From the NCBI GenBank assembly GCA_043800255.1, contig JAZDNF010000001.1, positions 64,001 to 128,000 of the forward strand: a DNA stretch of 64,000 bases, written 5' to 3'. Below, in pieces: positions 18,594 to 27,533 of this stretch. Origin of the DNA: Candidatus Altiarchaeota archaeon (GTDB taxonomy: Archaea > Altiarchaeota > Altiarchaeia > IMC4 > SCGC-AAA252-I15). The notes beneath the pieces were generated by a model. That model worked only from the letters and a program-made list of their open reading frames with translations. It was not told the DNA's origin and made no database searches. The position numbers were made by a program, and so were the translations under genes. Every line of letters begins with the position of its first letter. Position 1 is the first letter of the stretch.

Positions 18594-18710
18594 TAGTTTA
18601 CATATATCGGCATCATCATTTAAAAATGAAAATTATTGGTTTACACGTCTTTAAAAAGCGCAATATCTAGCTCTATTATCATAAATGGCATGAACCACTG
18701 GTTTACATAT
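18594..18710. promoter_or_regulatory. Three T(A/G)GTTTACA(T/C) repeats upstream of the cooT-cdh-fwd operon; candidate operators
   Basis: TAGTTTACATAT 18594-18605, TGGTTTACACGT 18637-18648, TGGTTTACATAT 18699-18710. Confidence 0.55.
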
Positions 18711-18760
18711 TAAACCTACCCGCAGAACTTTTTTATATTATAAGACAGTACGCTCCCGGC

Positions 18761-20275
18761 TTATCCGAGAGAGTAGAGGTTGCCCTCTTTTTTGATGTTG
18801 ATACCCAGCTGTTGCCTCTCATAGGATGACAGGGTGTTGTAGACCTTCCCCAAAGAAACTTTGTTGGAGAGTATCGCGCTCATGATTTCACCCTTTGCCT
18901 TTCTACTGAACGCATTATCTGAGATGTCACCTTCAACTTTGACGCCAAGGATTGTGAGCCTCTCAACGAGCGGCTCTTCCAGGGCCTTTTCATCAGTCTC
19001 AGTCTGCTCTGGCATGGAAACGGGAGGTCTCACATCGTCCTGCGCTATCCTGAACTCAGCGTCCATCCTATCTGGCGTCTTTCCCGGCCTCCCCCTGGTT
19101 CTACTCTTTTCAGCAGGCCTTCCCTCTAAAGTTTTTGGAGCGTCTACCGGCGCTGGAATCTTATTAGCAGGAATCGGTTCCGGAGGAGTGCCCTCTTTCC
19201 TCTCATTTTGGACTCTAACCATGAGCTGTTCGAAGACCTTCGACAGGTCCTCCCTGCCGTAGCCTGCGAATAGGCTGATGCACTGCTGGAAAAAATTCTC
19301 CCCCTTCGCTGGTTCCGCCTGGTTTCCGAAGCGTTCGAACATGTGGGCTGCGCTATCATAGTGTTTCTTCTGATTGTAAGCGTGTCCCGCCCCTATAAAA
19401 TCCAGAGCCTTAACCTTCTTGAGTATGCTCTCTTTCGTGGTGACGACGTCGTCCTTGAGGTTCAACCTAGTCAGGATCACATTCTCCCCGTAGCCTCTTG
19501 CGAACGAGTCCAGCATCATGTTGTTGAGGTACGCCCAGGTGTCATAGTTGTTGACGAACTTCTTCTGCGCCATATTATCCAACATCACAGTAATGGCGTC
19601 CCTTGCGACCCTGTTCATCTCCTCAGGCTTTCCGAGGTGCACCTCCAAGTCCGTCCCCATTACCGTTCCATCCTTCCTCTGGAGTATGTGATCAACGGCA
19701 TAGTCTTTCCCCTTGCCTATGTCACCTACCACAGCGCCCTTGTCCTTGAAGGCTTTCAGGAACCTGCCTACTGCCTCCATCTGTTCTTCAACCTTCTTGT
19801 AGCTCATCGACTCTACAGCACCGTAGATTGAATCCTCAACTTTTTCTCCCCTCTCCTCTACCAAGTAAGTCCGGCGTGTTTTCCCGCTTGAGATCACAGC
19901 AGCAACAGGGATTGCAACAGGCAACCCAGTGTGGAGTAAAATAAGGTTGTTGTTTGCCTCCTCTTCAGGCGGAACGTGGGGGCCGGTTTTGAGGTGGGAC
20001 GTCTTGTAGACGAAGTCGTCCGAGTATTTCACAGGATCCCTCCTCCCAGACGGCTGGAACTCTCCAATCATTTTAACATGATCTTCCAGGCCCTGAGTTA
20101 ACATCATAAGAGGGAGGCCTGATTTAGCGTCAAATTTCAACTCATAGTCTCCACTGACGGACTGCTTGAACGTCTCAACCAGCGCGCTCCTCCTCTCAAC
20201 CACACTAAGGTCTCTTATCCCAAAGAGGTCAGGCGCGTTCCCGCCTCCTGCGGCACCCTGCCTGCTTTTTATCAT
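18761..20275 (-). CDS. Orphan protein with N-terminal protein-kinase-like (Kdo/WaaP-like) fold
   Basis: FVYK, EEEANN, GLPVAIPVA, YLVEE, GAVVGDI..DHIL, GTDLE in PKL order; Pro-rich linker; possible C-terminal wHTH. Confidence 0.55.
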   Translation of the reverse strand: MIKSRQGAAGGGNAPDLFGIRDLSVVERRSALVETFKQSVSGDYELKFDAKSGLPLMMLTQGLEDHVKMIGEFQPSGRRDPVKYSDDFVYKTSHLKTGPHVPPEEEANNNLILLHTGLPVAIPVAAVISSGKTRRTYLVEERGEKVEDSIYGAVESMSYKKVEEQMEAVGRFLKAFKDKGAVVGDIGKGKDYAVDHILQRKDGTVMGTDLEVHLGKPEEMNRVARDAITVMLDNMAQKKFVNNYDTWAYLNNMMLDSFARGYGENVILTRLNLKDDVVTTKESILKKVKALDFIGAGHAYNQKKHYDSAAHMFERFGNQAEPAKGENFFQQCISLFAGYGREDLSKVFEQLMVRVQNERKEGTPPEPIPANKIPAPVDAPKTLEGRPAEKSRTRGRPGKTPDRMDAEFRIAQDDVRPPVSMPEQTETDEKALEEPLVERLTILGVKVEGDISDNAFSRKAKGEIMSAILSNKVSLGKVYNTLSSYERQQLGINIKKEGNLYSLG

Positions 20276-20311
20276 ACACTTATAATCTGCGCTTGAGAAA
20301 TAAATAAGGTC

Positions 20312-20947
20312 TCAGATCCGCTGTTTTCTCCCATAAGTACAGTACTTTCTAATCCTGCAGGTGCTGCACTTCGGGTTGATGGGATGGCAGACTCGTTGTC
20401 CGTATTTTACCAGCAGCTCGTTGATTTCGATCCAATACTCTCTGGGAAGAACGTTTGAAAGCTGTTGTTCGGTCTGTTCGGGCGTCCTAGTCCTCACCCA
20501 GCCTATCCTGTTAGATATCCTGTGGACGTGCGTGTCAACTGGGATGGCAGGTTTGTTGTATGCATAGACAAGCACGCAGTTGGCGGTCTTCCTGCCAACG
20601 CCTGGCAGGGAGAGGAGAGTGTCCATGTCTTCTGGCACCGTTCCTCCGAATTTTTCCACTAATTGCCTGCTGATTTCTCTAATCCTCTCAGCTTTGACCT
20701 TGTAGAAGCCGCTCGGTTTAATCAGGGTTTCGATTGTCCGAATGTTAGCGTTGGCCAGCTGTTTTGGAGTCTTAAACCTTCTGAACAGTCTGTTTGAAGC
20801 TTTTTCGGTGTTAGCGTCCTTGGTCCTCTGGCTTAATACTGTAGAAATCAGAACCTTGAATGGATTGGTGTCCCAGACGACGGCCCAGCTGGTTCCGACA
20901 TCCTCCCTGAGAATGCTTACGATTGCCTTAATGTTACGGTTTCCCAT
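20312..20947 (-). CDS. nth: Endonuclease III
   Basis: LISTVLSQRTKD, LPGVGRKTANCV, VDTHVHRISNR, C-x6-C-x2-C-x5-C. Confidence 0.95.
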   Translation of the reverse strand: MGNRNIKAIVSILREDVGTSWAVVWDTNPFKVLISTVLSQRTKDANTEKASNRLFRRFKTPKQLANANIRTIETLIKPSGFYKVKAERIREISRQLVEKFGGTVPEDMDTLLSLPGVGRKTANCVLVYAYNKPAIPVDTHVHRISNRIGWVRTRTPEQTEQQLSNVLPREYWIEINELLVKYGQRVCHPINPKCSTCRIRKYCTYGRKQRI

Positions 20948-21463
20948 CTAAGCTGTTATCGTCCCGAAGTCGTGCCATTCGCCTGTCTCTGTTATGAACT
21001 CGACTTGGGTTTCCAGGAGCGAGAGGTGCCTTTCCTCAGCTTCTACGAGCATCTCGAACGTGTCCTGCAATTCTTCATCTTCGGCCTCCTTCTTCAGCCT
21101 GCCGTACAGTTCGATGCTCTCCTTCTCGGCGTTTATTCCGATGTTCAAGGCGTCAAGGTCATCCGAGCCTTTGCCGGAAGCACCGCCCGAAACCCTCTCA
21201 GAGAATACCCTGCCTATGACGACCTCCTCAAGGTCCTCTCCGCCTTCATAGTCTTCTCCGACGATTTCGACATACTTTTCCCTGAGCAGCGACTCATGCT
21301 CTGCCTCCTCATCAGCAAGGAAGTTGAACATCTCAGTGCCGTTCTCGTCAGCAGTCCTCTCAGCAGCCTCGCGGTAGAATTTCTGCCCCGCCATTTCAAG
21401 CTCGATGGCGCTCTCCAATCCTTTCACAATCTTCTCATCAGCTTCTTCCATCATATCACCCAA
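20948..21463 (-). CDS. Ferritin-like / rubrerythrin-family di-iron protein
   Basis: AIELE..FY..LADEEAEH and AEKESIELY..LVEAEERH (two ExxH). Confidence 0.85.
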   Translation of the reverse strand: MGDMMEEADEKIVKGLESAIELEMAGQKFYREAAERTADENGTEMFNFLADEEAEHESLLREKYVEIVGEDYEGGEDLEEVVIGRVFSERVSGGASGKGSDDLDALNIGINAEKESIELYGRLKKEAEDEELQDTFEMLVEAEERHLSLLETQVEFITETGEWHDFGTITA

Positions 21464-21505
21464 AAACTGTTGTAATATTCTTCGACCTTATATAAAAGGC
21501 TGGAT

Positions 21506-22144
21506 TCACTTAAAAACTTCGCCGGTTTCGATGGACCAGAAGAGCAGGTCGAGCTCGTCCATCGGGATTCCAATCTTCCTGCAGTAATCTCTCACCTTTC
21601 CCTCGATCTGAAAATACCTTTTTCTTGTGATGGTGTTCGGCACCCATCTGATGACTTTCTGAGCTTTCAGGTTTTTCATGATATGCCTGTCCAGTATGGC
21701 GACATCAGAGCCCCTGCCGACGTTTCTCATGAAGTGGGAGGCCTCCTTGTAGCCCAGTCCCTTCACGTTTCTGACAAGCCAGTCTCGCGCGAGTTCGTCG
21801 TTTTCGAAACTTTTGAGGACGTCATTTATCCCCAACCTGCCATCCCCTGAGAATGTCCGCCTCGCTTCTATGATGTAAGAAGCCTTGTTGTTGTGGAATC
21901 TGACGCCCGATTTTTTCAGGACCGCCGCAATTCTCGCCTTGCTGCCCTCTGGAAGCAGTCTCTCCGATTTAAGTTGCCTAACCGCTCTATCGCACGATCT
22001 CGCTTTCGACTGCGGTGTCAGAAGGCAGAAGCAGAGCTCCTCAAACACTCTCTCATCAGACTGTCTTCCCGCAGCTTTGAACTCGGAAAGCCTCTTCTTT
22101 ATCGCCCCCTTTTTTACGGCGTGTTCAGCAAGAAGTTCACTCAT
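21506..22144 (-). CDS. ogg: 8-oxoguanine DNA glycosylase / AP lyase (Ogg2 type)
   Basis: FEELCFCLLTPQ, VRFHNNKA, GLGYKEASHFMRNVG, AILDRHI, LDLLFW. Confidence 0.92.
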   Translation of the reverse strand: MSELLAEHAVKKGAIKKRLSEFKAAGRQSDERVFEELCFCLLTPQSKARSCDRAVRQLKSERLLPEGSKARIAAVLKKSGVRFHNNKASYIIEARRTFSGDGRLGINDVLKSFENDELARDWLVRNVKGLGYKEASHFMRNVGRGSDVAILDRHIMKNLKAQKVIRWVPNTITRKRYFQIEGKVRDYCRKIGIPMDELDLLFWSIETGEVFK

Positions 22145-22868
22145 ACTCCCGGACCAGATCAGCGAGCTTTGAAACTGACGTGTGGAATTTCGTATCGGTG
22201 GTCGTCTTCCCGGCTCTGAACAATTTCATAAACTCATCATCGAATGGGATCGAGTGGTCAATCTCAAGCTCCTTCTTCAGGAACTTCAGTTCACCGTCGT
22301 CGCGAACCTTGTTCGCAACGACTACGGCATTGCCTATCCCCAAATCCGACGCGAACTTCATCAGCCTCTTCGTCACCGAGACCGAGTTCCTGTCAGCCTC
22401 TGTCACGATCAGTATCGAATCCACTCTCCTGATTGTTCCCCTGCTCATCGGCTCAAGGCCGGCTTCCATGTCCACTATCACAATCTCGTCCCTTTTCAGC
22501 ACAATCTCTTGTAGAAGCGACCTCAGTATCGCGTTCTCAGGGCACATGCAGCCTTTCCCAGCCTCGGTGACCGTGCCAGCCACCAGGAGCTTCAGCCTCT
22601 CCTGCACTTCAACAGCGTATCTGTCAACGATGTCCCTGACTTCGGGATTCATCCTTACCAGCCCGTCAGGCAGCCTCGCTCTCTCGTCTGCCAGCTCCTT
22701 CATTTTGCTGATTGGTGTTATGTCATCGCGGTTGAAGACTGTCGCAAGGTTCAGGCTCGGGTCTGCGTCCACGAGTATAACGTCCTTATCCCTGCTGAGA
22801 ATGATCCCCAGCGCGGCTGCGATGGATGTCTTCCCGACGCCGCCCTTGCCTGTTACCGCGATTTTCAT
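22137..22868 (-). CDS. cooC: Second CooC-type Ni-insertion ATPase
   Basis: MKIAVTGKGGVGKT, DADPSLNL, GKGCMCPEN, DMEAGLE. Confidence 0.88.
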   Translation of the reverse strand: MKIAVTGKGGVGKTSIAAALGIILSRDKDVILVDADPSLNLATVFNRDDITPISKMKELADERARLPDGLVRMNPEVRDIVDRYAVEVQERLKLLVAGTVTEAGKGCMCPENAILRSLLQEIVLKRDEIVIVDMEAGLEPMSRGTIRRVDSILIVTEADRNSVSVTKRLMKFASDLGIGNAVVVANKVRDDGELKFLKKELEIDHSIPFDDEFMKLFRAGKTTTDTKFHTSVSKLADLVREYE

Positions 22869-23746
22869 TCTAGCTTGTGCTTCTTCCCAAACGTATACTG
22901 TCTGCCGCTCAACAGGTCAGTCACCTTAAGCTCCGCTGGCGCGAACACTGCAGGGTCTATCCTGTAGAAGTCCCTCCCAGCTGCATCATATATCGTCCTG
23001 AACCTCTGCCCGTAGGATTCCGACGCTGATGAGACCGCCTTAGCTGAGAGCTTCTCATCCCAGCCTCTCGTTCCTATGGTGACAGAGCCCTGGTATATTA
23101 TCGCGTCGTTCGCGGAGAACGCATCCCCCTCTTCCGGCATCGGAACAAGGCCGGATGCGGACTCTATCCTTGTGACGTCATATTCGAGGAAGTTCAGTCT
23201 GAACAGCGCCATCTCAACGACTCTTGCAAGCACGTTTACGAGCCCGATACGCGAGTCACCTCTGAACGCTGCCATGATCATCCTCCCGGAGCCCGCGGCT
23301 TTGGGAAGTCCCTCCAGCGTCTCCTGCTCAGGTAGTCTGTCTGTCTCCAATATCAGGGCGGTTTTTTCTGAAGTCTCCTTGTAGCCTACTGCCTCTATTA
23401 TGTCGCGCGGCTTCTTGGCAGGTATCCTTGCAGGGCCTGAGCCTAACGCGCTTCCGCTTTTGGTTGGAATGTTCCAGCCTGCGAGCTGGCAGCCCAATGT
23501 TGCAATCCCAGGATGCTCTTTTATGTCAACTTTGATGCCATCCTCGTTGACTTTAACCTTCCCGAGCAGGCCCATGCTGGACTCAGCGATTACCGGCGCC
23601 AGCTTCTCCGCCCTCCCAGGCGCCAGCTTCGAAGTGACGCCTAGGTCAAGCACCGTCAGGTTCTCGTATTCGATAACCTTGCACAGGTCTTTCAGCTGAT
23701 ACAGTCTGTCGTATGTTTTCCTGTTCAGCTCAAGGTTTCCATCCAT
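22865..23746 (-). CDS. mch: Methenyl-H4MPT cyclohydrolase
   Basis: ATLGCQLAGW, ALGSGPAR, ARVVE, NDAIIY.G, DFYRIDPAVFAPA. Confidence 0.92.
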   Translation of the reverse strand: MDGNLELNRKTYDRLYQLKDLCKVIEYENLTVLDLGVTSKLAPGRAEKLAPVIAESSMGLLGKVKVNEDGIKVDIKEHPGIATLGCQLAGWNIPTKSGSALGSGPARIPAKKPRDIIEAVGYKETSEKTALILETDRLPEQETLEGLPKAAGSGRMIMAAFRGDSRIGLVNVLARVVEMALFRLNFLEYDVTRIESASGLVPMPEEGDAFSANDAIIYQGSVTIGTRGWDEKLSAKAVSSASESYGQRFRTIYDAAGRDFYRIDPAVFAPAELKVTDLLSGRQYTFGKKHKLE

Positions 23747-24288
23747 CTGATGTCCTCCGGCGTGTTGATGTTCCTGAACGTTAGCAGCCCTCTGTCAAAC
23801 ATCCTAAGCTCTTCTACCGGGATGTAGGAGACGTCCAGCGATTCTATCATCGTCCTGACCCTCCTGTCTTCTGGAATCCCAACCCCTATAAACGGCTTCC
23901 TCCTGTAGATTCCATGCAGCGGCTCAATATCGCCGTTCTCATGCCTTGGGAAGAGCCCGTCACCCTCAACCCTGTCCACCATGAACCTTACTACTTTATC
24001 GTTAATAAAGGGCATGTCGCACGCGGCCACGAACACGTAATCTGATGTCAGGTTCTTGAGGCCTGCGACTATCGCCCCGGCAGGACCTGCTCCCAAGTCT
24101 TCGGTGATGTAATCGACGCCCAGTTTTCCGGTCTTGTCGGCTACAGACTCGTTCGCGACTATGAGAACCTTGTCGAATATTCCTGCAAGAGTTTCATAGC
24201 CGTGTCTGAAAAGCTTTCTGCCCTTGATTTTTATGAAAGGCTTGTCCTTGAGTCTGGTGCTCCTGCCGAAGAGCATTAGCGCTTGCAT
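23725..24288 (-). CDS. mobA: Molybdenum cofactor guanylyltransferase
   Basis: GRSTRL.DK, GPAGAI, ACDMPFI, EPLHGIY, FRNINTPED. Confidence 0.88.
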   Translation of the reverse strand: MQALMLFGRSTRLKDKPFIKIKGRKLFRHGYETLAGIFDKVLIVANESVADKTGKLGVDYITEDLGAGPAGAIVAGLKNLTSDYVFVAACDMPFINDKVVRFMVDRVEGDGLFPRHENGDIEPLHGIYRRKPFIGVGIPEDRRVRTMIESLDVSYIPVEELRMFDRGLLTFRNINTPEDIRWMETLS

Positions 24289-24292
24289 TCTG

Positions 24293-25348
24293 CTACAATA
24301 GGGCATCTACGTCAACGTTCTTTAGAATAAGCTCTCTGACGCGCTTCAATTTCTGATTGCTGGTGACGCTCAGCCTGCTGACTAGGGACTCCGATATCTG
24401 GACTGTTGTGGCGGTGTCATGGGACGTTGATATCACAGGGACGTTCTTCGCCTCCGCCTTGGAAATCACCTTTTCGTCCGGCGTCAGGTCTCCTGTCAGT
24501 ATGAGGCATTTTGTCGGAGTCTCAAGCGCGGCCAGCAGTATGTCCGACCTGTCGCCGCCTGTTATCACCGCCTTGTCTGAGACCTGCCTGAAATACTTCA
24601 TGGCGTGGCCTGGCGACATTGCTCCGACGACAAAGGACTTTATCAGGCCGTCGCCTTTGACCAGCTCCTTGGCGTTGAGCTTGACCCTAAGATCGCTGAC
24701 AGACACAGACTGCATTATCTCGTCCTGGGGCAGCACTCCGATGGTTTTGATGCCTTTGTCGTCAAGGAATGACGTCACTATCGTCTTCACAGTCTTCAGC
24801 TCCGAAGCTGGCACGTTGTTGAAAACCACTCCAGCGCATTTGACCTTCTTTTTCACGAACATGACATCGTTGAGGACCCTGTCGACAGCGTATACTGAAT
24901 CGTACCTTGATAGTAGGAGTATCCTCGTCTTCAGCATCTTTGCGACGTCTACATCGGAGAGGCCTATCATGGATCCGCCTCCGACGTCGCCAGCCCCTTC
25001 GAACAGCATGTAGTCCTTGCCTTTCGAAACCTTTGCGTAGGCGTTCCGGATTGTCCTCTGTTTGGCAGGCTTCCTGCCCTTCAACGCGTTGTCTATGAGC
25101 TCGTGGGTTAACAGGACAGGGGACATCAGCTTGGGAGGGTCGTCCAATCCCAGAATCTCTTTGGCGTGCAGCGTATCACGGTCTGTCAGGCCGTTGTTAT
25201 ACTCTGTGAGCAGGTTCCCGACAGGCTTCATGTAACCTACTCTCATGCCCCTCTCCTTCAGTATCAAGCCCAAGCCTAGGCAGAATGCGCTCTTCCCAGA
25301 GTATGGCTCGCATGAGCTGATGAACAAGCGCTTAGACGATTTTGCCAT
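24293..25348 (-). CDS. Phosphotransacetylase N-terminal-like protein (BioD-like P-loop + DRTGG)
   Basis: PYSGKS, GYMKPVG, FEGAG, VGAM, ITGGDRSDI, LILTG. Confidence 0.85.
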   Translation of the reverse strand: MAKSSKRLFISSCEPYSGKSAFCLGLGLILKERGMRVGYMKPVGNLLTEYNNGLTDRDTLHAKEILGLDDPPKLMSPVLLTHELIDNALKGRKPAKQRTIRNAYAKVSKGKDYMLFEGAGDVGGGSMIGLSDVDVAKMLKTRILLLSRYDSVYAVDRVLNDVMFVKKKVKCAGVVFNNVPASELKTVKTIVTSFLDDKGIKTIGVLPQDEIMQSVSVSDLRVKLNAKELVKGDGLIKSFVVGAMSPGHAMKYFRQVSDKAVITGGDRSDILLAALETPTKCLILTGDLTPDEKVISKAEAKNVPVISTSHDTATTVQISESLVSRLSVTSNQKLKRVRELILKNVDVDALL

Positions 25349-25784
25349 CCTCATCGATCTCCTTGGATTTTATCCTCTCGCTGGATATGGGCTTCCCATC
25401 GTCAGCCAGCGCCAGTGGCACCACCACGACAGTAAGCTTCGCAAGATTCTTCTTGAACCTTATCGTGTTAATCTCCTCAGCCCTCAGGAGCGTCTCCTCG
25501 CTTACGACTATGCAGTCTATCCCAGGGTCTAATGTTGCAACACCATAGCTGTCGTCTATCCTGACTATCTCATACGGTTTCCTGAAGCCCTTCACAAAAT
25601 CTTCGACCTGCTTCCTCCTCTTCTCGTATGAGGGGGCCTTGTGAGGCCTGAACCTGGTAGCGAACTCGTCAGAAGTCAGCCCTATGATAATGGAGTCTCC
25701 AACGTCGGCAGCGGTCTCGATAAGCCTCCTATGCCCCAAATGCAGCGTATCAAACGTCCCCCCAACAACAACCCGCTTGAACAT
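25332..25784 (-). CDS. coaD: Phosphopantetheine adenylyltransferase (archaeal type)
   Basis: GGTFDTLHLGH, GLTSD, IVVSEET, PISSERI. Confidence 0.92.
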   Translation of the reverse strand: MFKRVVVGGTFDTLHLGHRRLIETAADVGDSIIIGLTSDEFATRFRPHKAPSYEKRRKQVEDFVKGFRKPYEIVRIDDSYGVATLDPGIDCIVVSEETLLRAEEINTIRFKKNLAKLTVVVVPLALADDGKPISSERIKSKEIDEDGKIV

Positions 25785-25814
25785 GTTATAGTATTAGTTA
25801 TACAATAAATAACT

Positions 25815-26393
25815 ATGAGGGTGGAGTTGGTTGACATTACCGATGGCGCTGAGAACCTTATCGCGGAGTCTGCGAGGACCTGCTATAAGTCTGTCGCCAA
25901 GGACAGCTCCTCCAATGCGAAGCTTGTGGTTCACCTGAGGGATTCCGGCCACCTTTCGACGTTCGAGCATGCGAAGGCGACCTTCAGGATTGAGGGCATC
26001 TCCCGCGCATGCTCCCACCAGCTTGTCAGGCACAGGCATTTCTCGTTCTCCCAGGAGTCTCAGAGGTACGTTGACGAGGAGGACTTCAAGTACGTGACAC
26101 CCGATGATGTCCTCAGAAACGCCAATGCAAGGGAGAAATACGACAGTCTGATGGCAGAAATAAACAGCGCTTACTCCTTCCTCCTCAAGGAGGGGGTAAA
26201 GAAGGAGGACGCCAGGTTCGTCCTCCCGAACGCCTGTGAGACGACAATCGTTGTGACCGCCAACTTCAGGGCATTGAGGGAGTTCATAGAGCTCAGGAAG
26301 ACTGAGAAGGCGCAGTGGGAAATACGGGAGCTTTCCGCAAGAATGCTTGGAATCCTCAGGGAGAAGGCCCCGAACGCTTTCGGGGATTTGTAG
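25815..26393 (+). CDS. thyX: Flavin-dependent thymidylate synthase
   Basis: GHLSTFEH, ISRACSHQLVRHRHFSFSQESQRY, EDARFVLP, AQWEIR. Confidence 0.95.
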   Translation: MRVELVDITDGAENLIAESARTCYKSVAKDSSSNAKLVVHLRDSGHLSTFEHAKATFRIEGISRACSHQLVRHRHFSFSQESQRYVDEEDFKYVTPDDVLRNANAREKYDSLMAEINSAYSFLLKEGVKKEDARFVLPNACETTIVVTANFRALREFIELRKTEKAQWEIRELSARMLGILREKAPNAFGDL

Positions 26394-26426
26394 GGCTTTT
26401 ATAGTAATCTTATAAAAGTTTTATAC

Positions 26427-27533
26427 ATGTTCGATGATCTTTACACGAAGATAACCTCTGCCATAGACTACCGGATTCTGACTCTAGCGCCTCTTGCGGT
26501 CTCGCTGTTGATGCTCTTTGTCATATATACTCGAGGCGTGCCCCTAGGCATAGACTTCCAAGGCGGAACATGGATGGACATACTGCTTGATAACAACATT
26601 ACGGACCAGAACCTCGTCCAGATGCAGTCCGAGCTGCAGGATTACGGATTGGAGGATCTGAAAGTCTATGTCGGATATGACATGGATGCGAAAAAGGACA
26701 AACTCACTGTTGTAACAACAAGCCCTGTTGATGTCGTCAACGTCAGCGGAATAATTGAGCCATACACTGGCAGGCTGGTGGAGGCTGACATCGCCAGAGT
26801 CACTTTAAACAAGAAACCTCCCGTGGAGCTTTCCGAGAAACTCGAGAGCAGGCTGAAAGAGAACGTTAAATTAGCGTATGGGGACAATGTGCTGACGGTA
26901 GAGGCCTTAGAGTTGGATGAGGAGACGGTCGAAAGCGCATTAACCTACTACTTAGGCGAGAGCGTTGATGTAACCCTCGAGAAGAAGAACCTCAATTCCA
27001 GGGAAGTGAGCCCAACTCTTGGAAAAACCTTCAAAGAGCAGGGGATAAAGGCACTGATTGTTGCATTCGTCCTGATGAGCATTGTCGTGTTCTTCGCCTT
27101 CAAAGACTTCATACCCTCGATAGCTGTCCTGCAGGCTGCATTGTCTGATGTCACCATAGCCGTGGGTTTTATGAGCATATTCAGGATTCCATTGGAGCCA
27201 GCATCTCTCGCGGCGTTGCTGATGCTCATAGGTTACTCTGTGGATTCTGACATACTCCTGACAACAAGATGCCTTAAAGGCAGGAGGGCGGAGGTTGACG
27301 AGAACCTCGACGATTCCATAAAAACCGGATTGACGATGACCGGTACGGTAATCGGTGCTATGGTAGTGTTGTACATATTCTCCTCTTCTGTGGTTGAAAT
27401 GCCTGTCCTAAAAAGTATCTCCCAGATTCTACTGTTCGGTCTGATAGCAGATCTTTTCACAACGTGGCTCACAAATGCTGGCATCGTCAAATGGCATCTT
27501 GAGCGATCTCCCCATAAATTCAAAACAAGATGA
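26427..27533 (+). CDS. secF: Protein translocase subunit SecF
   Basis: GIDFQGGT, LLMLIGYSVDSDILLTTR, multiple TMs. Confidence 0.92.
   Translation: MFDDLYTKITSAIDYRILTLAPLAVSLLMLFVIYTRGVPLGIDFQGGTWMDILLDNNITDQNLVQMQSELQDYGLEDLKVYVGYDMDAKKDKLTVVTTSPVDVVNVSGIIEPYTGRLVEADIARVTLNKKPPVELSEKLESRLKENVKLAYGDNVLTVEALELDEETVESALTYYLGESVDVTLEKKNLNSREVSPTLGKTFKEQGIKALIVAFVLMSIVVFFAFKDFIPSIAVLQAALSDVTIAVGFMSIFRIPLEPASLAALLMLIGYSVDSDILLTTRCLKGRRAEVDENLDDSIKTGLTMTGTVIGAMVVLYIFSSSVVEMPVLKSISQILLFGLIADLFTTWLTNAGIVKWHLERSPHKFKTR

Noticed and set aside
5968-23746. Methanogenesis locus
   Set aside because: No mcr, mtr or F420-dependent enzymes in the window; MetFV with NAD(P)-Mtd fits Wood-Ljungdahl carbon fixation better. 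The rest of the genome is unseen
22180-25013. Long antisense ORFs (e.g. 22180-22929, 24357-25013; also 4190-5146)
   Set aside because: Ser/Pro/Leu-rich mirror frames of well-identified genes, with no motifs of their own
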